DNA from: Methyloprofundus sp.
GTDB lineage: Bacteria; Pseudomonadota; Gammaproteobacteria; Methylococcales; Methylomonadaceae
Direction: 5' to 3'
NCBI GenBank assembly: GCA_013138555.1
Contig: WTCN01000199.1
Location: 1-35,323 of the forward strand
DNA length: 35,323 nt
Numbering within the stretch: the stretch's first letter is position 1; the number at the start of each line of letters is the position of its first letter. Made by a program: the position numbers and the translations under genes. Positions 27,735 through 35,323 of this stretch are shown piece by piece. Under the pieces are notes generated by a model. That model worked only from the letters and a program-made list of their open reading frames with translations, was not told the DNA's origin and did no database searches.

Positions 27735-27856
27735 CAAGACCTTCGTCAATTTAAATTTTGGTTAAAAAAAACTCATTTTAGATTCATATAAATCAACCAC
27801 TTGTAAGTTGAAGTTACACAAATAATGACTGCTTTTTCATTTTGGCGCAGGTATTG
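27735..27856. mobile_element. 122-bp MITE of the CAATACCTTCGCCAAAAT family with 6-bp target duplication
   Basis: Ends CAAGACCTTCGTCAA... and ...ATTTTGGCGCAGGTATTG; TTATAT at 27729-27734 and 27857-27862; IHF-like AATCAAccacTTG at 27791-27803. Confidence 0.75.
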
Positions 27857-28031
27857 TTATATTGTACTGGTTTCTAGAGTAATAACCCCAATAACTGACA
27901 GCTTTATCCAGTTAATAAAGCGATATGACGCAAACAAGATATAGTGGCATAAAAATTGTGCATAACATCAGTTTATAACATAAAATTGCAGTAACTTCCC
28001 ATTATTTACAGGAAAATACCTATAAAAATAT

Positions 28032-28131
28032 CGTCATTTCCAAAATTCACCTAGTCAAGCTAGGTGCAGGCTTAATTGGGAGTCTAGGTATGATAAGAGA
28101 TTCCTGCTAGCGGCATGCAGGAATAATGACG
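28032..28131. repeat. dRS3/RPE-like composite palindrome, copy 2 (inverted)
   Basis: CGTCATT...AGATTCCTGCTAGCGGCATGCAGGAATAATGACG; the right arm is the near reverse complement of the copy 1 left arm. Confidence 0.65.
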
Positions 28132-28236
28132 AACTGCTAAATATTATTAATACCCATTAATAATGAGACGTTACTAAATCTGTTCTTAAGTACTTGTGCA
28201 TAATTATTTTAATATTTTTTATTTTTAAAGACTCGT

Positions 28237-28339
28237 GTAGGGTGAGTAGAGCATCTTTTTGCGAACCCTACCACTCTGGGGAGGATAGATGGGGGTATTA
28301 CGTACCTAAAAAGCAGACGCTTCATTCTACCCATCCTAC
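28237..28339. repeat. GTAG-type REP doublet (REPIN-like), second family
   Basis: GTAGGGTGAGTAGAG... and inverted ...TTCTACCCATCCTAC. Confidence 0.65.
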
Positions 28340-28376
28340 AAAAATGTTGAATGTGTTTACATAGCTGCTTACTTGA

Positions 28377-28622
28377 TTATTGTTGTTTCAGTTTTTGGAC
28401 ATTCTCTAGGTTAGCTTTATAAACTGCAACAACTTTATCTACTCCAGATGGAGTCAATCCAGCATTATTTCCTGCCGCTGTATAAGTCGCATAAATGCCA
28501 GATGCAGACATCAGCGAGGCATTAACCATTTGTTGACTTTTGCCTTCATTTTTCATTTGATTTGCTAGTGCAATAAAGCGCTCGGATAATAAATTGTATT
28601 CACGCATTGATTTTTCTGTCAT
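28377..28622 (-). CDS. Small DUF3144-like protein
   Basis: ERFIALANQM...VNASLMSASGIYATY...YKANLE pattern. Confidence 0.7.
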   Translation of the reverse strand: MTEKSMREYNLLSERFIALANQMKNEGKSQQMVNASLMSASGIYATYTAAGNNAGLTPSGVDKVVAVYKANLENVQKLKQQ

Positions 28623-28702
28623 ATTTCACACTTTTTGTATTGAAAATAGTTATTTTTCGGCATGCTTCATATAAAGTTAAAAGTCGTTTATACTTTTATC
28701 AT

Positions 28703-28776
28703 CGTCATTCCTGCATGTCTTTAGCAGAAATCCAGTATGCACTGGGAGATTCCCGATAAAACAATTCGCGATGACG
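28703..28776. repeat. dRS3/RPE-like composite palindrome, copy 3
   Basis: CGTCATTCCTGCATGTCTTTAGCAGAAATCC...AGATTCCCGATAAAACAATTCGCGATGACG. Confidence 0.7.
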
Positions 28777-29355
28777 GTAATAATAAAATGTAAGCATCAA
28801 CTGATCAATGAAATATGCCTGTTTTTCTTGGTAGCAATATCACTTAAGAATTTAAGCTACGACCTTAAGACGGGACAAAATTGAAAAAAGTCAAGGCTAT
28901 AGATTCTCAGAAATTTAATTTCCAATATTCGGAAGCGGGATCTTTAGTCCTGCCTCCAAGTACTAAAATAATGATAGACATAAACTGACTGCTCAGAATG
29001 CATGGAAATTATTTACTGAAAGTCTATAGTCCGCTTATTTCTGCATCATATATTTTTGACTAAAACACAGAAATTACGCGAAGTTAACTGAACTATTATC
29101 ACTGAAATAGCCAGCAAGGGCAAACAAACTGCGAGAAATCTTGGTGAAATCATTAACTGATCTAAATGTAATGTCCAGTGTCATACTCAGGAAATAAAAT
29201 GGCGGGTAGCCCTTTAAAATAGTTAAGTACTTCTAGTTCAGTGGCTTATATGGTGACAATGGTGAGGAAGTGTTATGTGAAAATAATGCACTCCCTAGGT
29301 ATTAATAACTTTAGAGTAGAGAGTTTTTCACTTTTGTCCACCCTGCGTAACTTAT

Positions 29356-29772
29356 TTATTTTTTCCAGCAATCATCAGAGTCTCCCGTTCCGGTCTCTGT
29401 TTTGCTTATTCCTGAACCTGTCTTAACAATAGATAGCGTACCGCAGGTCGCATCAGTATAGCCTGGAGTGGCTTTGACTGTGTATGAGCTCGCATCAGGC
29501 GTGCCTACTATTGCAATGGTGTAATTTCCATCAGCGGAGGTCGTGCCAATATTAATATCAGAAAGGCTACTCGCATAGGTAACGTGATTTGCCCGATATT
29601 TCTCCTGTGCCAATTGCGTACTTAGTAACGAGGTTTTAGCATCGCCACGCTTGGCTCTAATAAGATATTCCTGGTAAGACGGGTAAGCGATGCTGCCCAA
29701 AATTCCGATCACAGCGACAACAAGCATGAGTTCAATCAGGGTAAAGCCCCTGCTATTATATGCTTTCTTCAT
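29356..29772 (-). CDS. pilE: Type IV minor pilin PilE/ComP-like
   Basis: G|FTLIELM prepilin motif, [17 protein letters not shown]-terminal DATCGTL...CW. Confidence 0.9.
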   Translation of the reverse strand: MKKAYNSRGFTLIELMLVVAVIGILGSIAYPSYQEYLIRAKRGDAKTSLLSTQLAQEKYRANHVTYASSLSDINIGTTSADGNYTIAIVGTPDASSYTVKATPGYTDATCGTLSIVKTGSGISKTETGTGDSDDCWKK

Positions 29773-29942
29773 AAGAAACCTTTGTAAAAAAAATGAAATA
29801 GTGTTAAAAGCATAGCATAATGTTAGTTAAGAAAGTGGCTATTAAATGAAAATGTAGAATGATTAACATTAATGCAGCTGTAAAAAGTGTATTGTCTACT
29901 CAAAGTAAGAAGTAGCCTAAATTAAATATTCTCCAAGAGATA

Positions 29943-30467
29943 ATGATGATAAATACAAAACAAGTTGCCGGGTTTACTTTAATTGAGCTGATGCTAGTGG
30001 TAGCAATAGCAGGGCTTTTGGCCTCTGTTGCCGTGCCATCGTTTTCTAAGTTACTGGAGCGGAATAAACTTAAGGAAGCTGTAGAAGGCTTGAAGTCAGA
30101 TATGATGTGGATGCGAACTGAAACAGTAAAAAGAAGCTGTAACCTTCGAGTGACTTTTGATAAAGATGCCTGGAGCTATACAATCTTTAGAGCCGCTGGA
30201 GAATGTGATTGCCCTTCAGGGGGAGGTGACTGCAATAATAAAGTTGTTACTGGTTCTCAGTATGCCGGGGTATCCATGAGTAGTGCAGCTTTTTCAGGAG
30301 GAACCTCAACTTTTTTTGATTTTAGAAGGGGAACGGCAGGGATAGCAGGCAATGCCCAGTTAGATACGAGTAATTATCATGTAAGAGTGCTTATTGCTCG
30401 CGTTGGGCGTGTACGCATTTGTAATGTCAGTGATGAGACTGGACTTGCAGGCTATGAAGAGTGCTAA
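29943..30467 (+). CDS. fimT: Type IV minor pilin FimT/FimU (GspH-like)
   Basis: G|FTLIELM, AVPSF, RTETVKR, C-terminal GRVRIC. Confidence 0.88.
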   Translation: MMINTKQVAGFTLIELMLVVAIAGLLASVAVPSFSKLLERNKLKEAVEGLKSDMMWMRTETVKRSCNLRVTFDKDAWSYTIFRAAGECDCPSGGGDCNNKVVTGSQYAGVSMSSAAFSGGTSTFFDFRRGTAGIAGNAQLDTSNYHVRVLIARVGRVRICNVSDETGLAGYEEC

Positions 30468-30483
30468 TTGGCAGAGAATAAAT

Positions 30484-31179
30484 ATGAAAAAACAAACGGG
30501 TTTTAGTTTAGTTGAGCTGATGATAGCAATGCTACTCGGTATTATTGTCGTGGGTGGCACAATTGCGATGTATGTTACTACTGTTCGGGGAGGGACGAAT
30601 ACGATAAATTCTGCCCGATTGAACTATGATCTGGACTCGGTGATGCAGATCATGGTCAACGATATTCGACGCGCTGGATATTGGGGCGGGGCAACGGTTA
30701 ATTCACTTGCTGTAAATAACCCTTTTACTGTTTCTGGGACTAATGCAGGTATTCAAATAAGCAATAAGACCGGTGAAGAGGATAATTCATGTATTTTATA
30801 TACCTATGATGAAGATGGTGACGGGACTTTAGAAACAGGGGAATATTTTGGATTTAGGCATAATGGTGATGGTATAGATATGCGTGTTGGGGGGGCATTT
30901 AGTGATTGTGATGGGGCAAGCTGGAATAATATTATTGATAGTGACAAGGTTGTTATTGAAGAGCTCAGTTTTACTGCTAATTACAAATGTTTGAATGTAA
31001 CTCAGAATGATCCAGAGGATGGTGATTGCGCGGGACATATTGCAACAGGTGAAAAAGGGGTAGAAACTCGGCAAATAGATATACTACTGGAAGGTGAGGT
31101 TAAAGGCGATGATGAGGTTACAAAAAGCCTGACAGGCATAGTTAAAGTCAGGAATGAACGTATTTTCATTCAACCGTAA
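30484..31179 (+). CDS. pilW: Type IV minor pilin PilW-like
   Basis: Start at ATG 30484 (MKKQTG|FSLVELMIA); DIRRAGY motif; terminal VKVRN. Confidence 0.85.
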   Translation: MKKQTGFSLVELMIAMLLGIIVVGGTIAMYVTTVRGGTNTINSARLNYDLDSVMQIMVNDIRRAGYWGGATVNSLAVNNPFTVSGTNAGIQISNKTGEEDNSCILYTYDEDGDGTLETGEYFGFRHNGDGIDMRVGGAFSDCDGASWNNIIDSDKVVIEELSFTANYKCLNVTQNDPEDGDCAGHIATGEKGVETRQIDILLEGEVKGDDEVTKSLTGIVKVRNERIFIQP

Positions 31180-31199
31180 TTTATTAAGAGGAAAGTCAA

Positions 31200-32603
31200 A
31201 TGAGTCTATCTTTATTAAGCTGTTCTCCTGAAAAACAACGCGGTGCAGCAACTTTATTTGTCGCTGTTATTATGCTGGTCGCGATCACTTTAGTTGCTTT
31301 AGTGAGTAGTAAAACGGTGGTTAATGAAACCAAAATGGCAGCAAATAACTATCGAACGACCCAGGCAGTCGCTGCAGCTAACTATGCGATGGATCTCGGG
31401 GTTAATTATTTTGATACCGGTGGATTTGACCGGCTTAATGAGAAGGATAGCTCGGGAAACCTCGTTCTTGTTGCTGATGGTAATGCTGCTGTTTTAGGTA
31501 ATGATAGTGTGACAGATTCAGTCATCGATATTGACAATGATGGTGATTATGACTCGGATGATGTCAATATGAATGCTTTGAGCCTGGTCTCGACCGATGG
31601 TAAGCAAACGCTGAGTGCAACATTATCATTTAATAATTCCGGGTGTGGCGCGGCAGGGCTCGACTTTAAAGGTGGGGAGATTACCGCCACTGGCTTTAGC
31701 GACGATGGCGAAGCAATGCGCATCATTACGCGCTGTGTAGGTCCTTTGGCGGTATTGCGTAACGATGGTCCTAAGCAGCCTCTTGTGGCTCAAGGGCAGG
31801 TTGCACTGACAGGGAATGCACGTATTATTAATCGTTTTACCAGTACCACTATCTGGTCGGGTGGGCAGGTGACGATTGGCAGCTCATCGGCAATGGAAAC
31901 CTATATAAGATCGGAAGGCGTGACACTCGTAGATGAGGTGGATAGTAGTGGCAATCCAGTAGATGATAGTGATTCAACTACTTTAAATATATCTGATCCG
32001 ACTGATATGGCAAGCTTATTATCGACTGATGACAGTGCTTATACACAACTGGTTTCTAATAGAAACCTGGGTAATGGCCTGGATATCATTGATGATGATA
32101 GTTCCTTAGATACTTTGATCGGCCTTGATTTTTTTAAAAACTTTTTTCATGCGGCTTCGCGTGGTGAGCTGAAATTGCAGGCAGGTAGCCAGGTTTATAC
32201 TGATCTGGGTTCAGCTCTGAATACTGAGAACCCAGAAGTGATTACATCAGGCTTAGTCTGGATCGAAGGTGATCAACTCATGACTGGTGGGACAATAGGA
32301 AGTCTTGAAAAGCCTGCTATTGTTTATGTTCATGGTGATTTTCGAGGGACGGGGGGAGCCAAGATAATCGGTATATTGTATGTGGCAGGCACGTATACGG
32401 TTGCGGGAAGGATCACTATTGTGGGAGCGAATATAGTCGAAGGAACTGATTTTTCTGGTACTGACGAAGCGCCTGCCACTCCGCCAGTTGTGACAGGTCA
32501 TGGCACACTGAGTTTAATCTACTGGGCGGGAATTACCGATTCCGGTACGAATAATGTCGAGGGGCAATCAGCAGTGATCGCAGGTTCGTGGCGCGATTGG
32601 TAG
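31200..32603 (+). CDS. pilX: Type IV minor pilin PilX-like, extended C-terminus
   Basis: QRG|AATL leader without Glu5, N..R..QA..AA motif, terminal GSWRDW. Confidence 0.82.
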   Translation: MSLSLLSCSPEKQRGAATLFVAVIMLVAITLVALVSSKTVVNETKMAANNYRTTQAVAAANYAMDLGVNYFDTGGFDRLNEKDSSGNLVLVADGNAAVLGNDSVTDSVIDIDNDGDYDSDDVNMNALSLVSTDGKQTLSATLSFNNSGCGAAGLDFKGGEITATGFSDDGEAMRIITRCVGPLAVLRNDGPKQPLVAQGQVALTGNARIINRFTSTTIWSGGQVTIGSSSAMETYIRSEGVTLVDEVDSSGNPVDDSDSTTLNISDPTDMASLLSTDDSAYTQLVSNRNLGNGLDIIDDDSSLDTLIGLDFFKNFFHAASRGELKLQAGSQVYTDLGSALNTENPEVITSGLVWIEGDQLMTGGTIGSLEKPAIVYVHGDFRGTGGAKIIGILYVAGTYTVAGRITIVGANIVEGTDFSGTDEAPATPPVVTGHGTLSLIYWAGITDSGTNNVEGQSAVIAGSWRDW

Positions 32604-32628
32604 TAATACTATTTTTAGGGGCATTAAG

Positions 32629-35295
32629 ATGAATTATTTGACAGTAAAAAAACAGCAGGGTGTCGGCTTAATGGAAATCTTGGTAACCACCGTTGTGGTT
32701 GCTGTAGGTTTATTAGCGGTTGCTTCCTTGCAGGGGGACTTTATCCTTAGCAGTGCGGATAGTAAGGCACGTGCAGAGGCTTTGGTATTAGCTGAAAGAA
32801 AAATAGAAAGTCTGCGTAATAATGTTGTTAGGGATGATGGTGATGGCGGAGGGTATGAGGCGATAGCGAATAGTGCCGATGTGGTGACCGAATCCCCTAT
32901 TACAGGAGAGAATGCTGTTTTTACACGTAGCTGGGTGATTAATGAAGGCGGGACAGCCAAGCGCAAGAAAGTCTCGGTATTAGTGACATGGGATAGTGAT
33001 GGTGGTGTTGATAGCGATGGTGACGGGAGTACTATTGATGATGATGAGCGGGTTAATGTCGTCACTGAAATGGCATTTGATGACCCGGCTAAAAGTGCAC
33101 TTTACGCGGGACCTAATGGTGCCAGCGGGACAGCTGCTGTTCCTAGTCCAAGACAAAATGCTTCGGAAGATATTAATGCGGCTTCAGAGGATGTTATTGG
33201 GACGGATTTACAAATTACTGCCGTTGGTAGTGGTGATGGCACGGCAGGGACTGACCAGCAAGTTCAAGTTAATCCCGATGGCACTTTACTTACTTTGTCA
33301 CAAGTTGCCTCCGGTTCTTTTTTCTATACTGCAGCACACAGTGATTATCCCGCAAAAATTGAAGCAGGGGTGATTGCTGTTTTTATATGTCATGATGCAG
33401 ATGATGACCCGCAAACGGTTGATGTCTGTACGCATATTCAAAATCACTTTGGCGGTGTCGTTCACCGTGTAAAAGGAACGGTTTATTCAACGAGTTTGGA
33501 GACTTTATCCGATCGGCTAGTGGCCTGGACTTCTAGTGAGACACATGCGTGTTATAACGGAGCGGTGACTGAGGGATCAGGAAGTGATCGAATTGATGAA
33601 ATGCCTTATGAGTGTATTTATGCAGGTAACTGTGATGCAACTGTAGCGGGAACCAGAACAGCCTCATCTGGCGGGCTTCCGCATGCTGTAGATGAAGGTT
33701 GTTTTGTAGATGCTGTAGTCTCTGATGAGCAAATTAATAATCGTGGGGTAGGCCCGGGAGGAGAGTACGGTGATATGGGCTTACTAGGGTTGGAGGATAG
33801 TGGCCCTCATGCGGAGCAGGTGTGTTTTTTAGAAAATACTGCGATAGCAGACAGTACTTTGCTGAATGCTAATTCCGGGGATGCTTTTAATGAAAATTAT
33901 TTATATGCTGTGACCAAGCGTTTGTATGTTACGCGCAGGGTTAAGCGTAATGATAATAGTACTTCTGGTGATACGAGTGACGATTTCAATGATCATAAAA
34001 ATGAAGGGATTAATCGCTCCTATACCAATCACAATTTTTTTATTGCTGATCGTAATTCGGGACCTAGAGTGAAGCTAGAGTGTCGAGAGCAAGCGATTGA
34101 TACGCATGCAAAAGAATTGGCTCCCCGGGATATTTCCAGAATATTGAATGAAGGCACGGATAATGCTGTCTTCGATGAATTGGTTTACTTTGGTGGCGTG
34201 AGGAGTACTGATACTAACGGTAATGGTGTCATTGATGAAGACGATGAATACGTTGTTAGTTATGCGCATACACTTATTGGAGAAGTAACTGGAAGTGCGA
34301 CAACAAAACTTAAGTTTTTTATTCCAGAAGTAGGTGCCTGTTATCTTGATAATAATCTTGAGGATGTAGGGACTGCAGCAACTGCGTATGCCTGTGTGAT
34401 TGGCAGTAGTGCAACGAGTGCAAGTATTATTGGTTCAAGCAATGAGCATAAAGATGCTGATCCCTCTGTTTTTGCAGTTTGTAGCAGGGAGACGAATACC
34501 GATTCTGCTTGTCCTTGGTTGTCGAGCTTTACCGATACATATGATGATGGAGGGACGGGTAATACCAGCTGTACAACGCCTTGGGGAACAGAGATTGATG
34601 ATGCGGCGACTGTTTCTGCCTATGCGCCTAGTGACTGTACTACTCTGGTGACGCGGACGTGTAATAGTGGAACATTGGCAGGAGGTTCGGGGGCTATTTA
34701 CCCCGCGACTGATACCGGTGTTGTTGAATGTCAAGCTGCTGCAAGTGCCGGAGTTTCCTGCGCGTTGGGGAACTGGGGGAGGCTTGCCGATGGTGCTACG
34801 CAGGATGTGTATACTGCTGGTTCTGTGCTTTTTAGTAATATTTGCCCAGATCCGATTACCGTCTCGTGTAGCGATGGAACATTGACCTCTTCTAGCGATA
34901 CAATCTTTCAGAATTGTACGGTAGATGCACCTGTTAATTGTACAACGGTATGGGGTGTGGATGTCACGGATGGTGGTAGTATTACAGGGTATGAGGATGA
35001 AGAGGTAATAAATCCTGAAGTCTGTGTCAGTGAATCGCAAGTCTGTACAACAGGGGTTTTATTACCTAATAACTACACATTTGGTGCATGCACTGCCGTT
35101 GATGCGGTTGTGAACTATTGTGACGTGCCTAATTATTATCGTTGGAAAAAGAGAGATATGCCAGCGACATGGAATAGCACAGGACCTGGATCTATTAGCA
35201 ATAATATTGCTGGTAGAGGGGGGGCACGAGTTTCAGGGCAAACACCTAGTGCCGGGGAGAGTGTTGACTGTACTTCAGTTGTGACTGTCTTCTAG
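32629..35295 (+). CDS. Giant PilV-like modular pilin/adhesin (888 aa)
   Basis: QQG|VGLMEILV...GLLAVASLQ...AERKIESLR...FTRSW...VSVLVTW (PilV-like ~150 aa), then a long Cys/Asp-rich region. Confidence 0.8.
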   Translation: MNYLTVKKQQGVGLMEILVTTVVVAVGLLAVASLQGDFILSSADSKARAEALVLAERKIESLRNNVVRDDGDGGGYEAIANSADVVTESPITGENAVFTRSWVINEGGTAKRKKVSVLVTWDSDGGVDSDGDGSTIDDDERVNVVTEMAFDDPAKSALYAGPNGASGTAAVPSPRQNASEDINAASEDVIGTDLQITAVGSGDGTAGTDQQVQVNPDGTLLTLSQVASGSFFYTAAHSDYPAKIEAGVIAVFICHDADDDPQTVDVCTHIQNHFGGVVHRVKGTVYSTSLETLSDRLVAWTSSETHACYNGAVTEGSGSDRIDEMPYECIYAGNCDATVAGTRTASSGGLPHAVDEGCFVDAVVSDEQINNRGVGPGGEYGDMGLLGLEDSGPHAEQVCFLENTAIADSTLLNANSGDAFNENYLYAVTKRLYVTRRVKRNDNSTSGDTSDDFNDHKNEGINRSYTNHNFFIADRNSGPRVKLECREQAIDTHAKELAPRDISRILNEGTDNAVFDELVYFGGVRSTDTNGNGVIDEDDEYVVSYAHTLIGEVTGSATTKLKFFIPEVGACYLDNNLEDVGTAATAYACVIGSSATSASIIGSSNEHKDADPSVFAVCSRETNTDSACPWLSSFTDTYDDGGTGNTSCTTPWGTEIDDAATVSAYAPSDCTTLVTRTCNSGTLAGGSGAIYPATDTGVVECQAAASAGVSCALGNWGRLADGATQDVYTAGSVLFSNICPDPITVSCSDGTLTSSSDTIFQNCTVDAPVNCTTVWGVDVTDGGSITGYEDEEVINPEVCVSESQVCTTGVLLPNNYTFGACTAVDAVVNYCDVPNYYRWKKRDMPATWNSTGPGSISNNIAGRGGARVSGQTPSAGESVDCTSVVTVF

Positions 35296-35299
35296 ACCT

Positions 35300-35323
35300 G
35301 TAGGGTGGGCAACGCTTTTTTGC
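35300..35323 (+). repeat. GTAG-type REP, truncated by window end
   Basis: GTAGGGTGGGCAACGCTTTTTTGC, same family as 8361-8390; begins 5 nt after the stop codon. Confidence 0.7.

Noticed and set aside
27945-27962. Sigma54-like TGGCAT-N5-TTGT
   Set aside because: It lacks the invariant -12 GC and points toward no gene.
28780-29350. ~570-bp gene-free stretch as possible ncRNA or pseudogene
   Set aside because: No recognisable structure or protein similarity by eye; would need Infernal/BLASTX.
30394-30483. N-terminal extension of the pilW ORF
   Set aside because: It overlaps fimT; ATG 30484 gives a normal short prepilin leader.
32629-35295. Calling the 888-aa protein PilY1
   Set aside because: It has a class III prepilin leader and no recognisable PilY1 propeller or vWA motifs.
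1-35323. CRISPR array, tRNA, rRNA, cobalamin riboswitch near cobS
   Set aside because: No regularly spaced repeats or RNA-gene signatures were seen by eye.

Overview
A gammaproteobacterial chromosomal window; Methylococcales-like is only my impression and cannot be proven from the sequence. Housekeeping genes occupy 1-6.3 kb: dhaL 3' part, roxA/ycfD, a small membrane protein, DUF2782, thrB, bluB-cobS and a CSD/TM2 protein. A ~21 kb ABC-transporter (Wzm/Wzt)-type surface-glycan locus spans 6.6-27.6 kb, with GT2s, a GT4, glf, a methyltransferase-GNAT fusion, a PIG-L/GT2/coiled-coil fusion and an AT-rich LtaS/MdoB-like transferase. Embedded in it are a secreted trypsin and a divergent three-gene unit (lipoprotein, 552-aa secreted cell-surface/S-layer-like protein, parvulin PPIase). 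This unit is my best candidate for an undescribed system: a glycosylated S-layer-type surface assembly. A non-canonical type IV minor-pilin cluster at 29.3-35.3 kb (pilE divergent from fimT-pilW-pilX) ends in a giant 888-aa PilV-like modular pilin. That pilin has Ca-binding-like loops, Cys-rich repeats and a PASTA-like end, and no pilY1 is seen. Intergenic DNA holds many IS30/ISKra4/IS66 remnants, two MITE families with target duplications, GTAG-type REPs and dRS3-like palindromes. No rRNA, tRNA or CRISPR array was seen.
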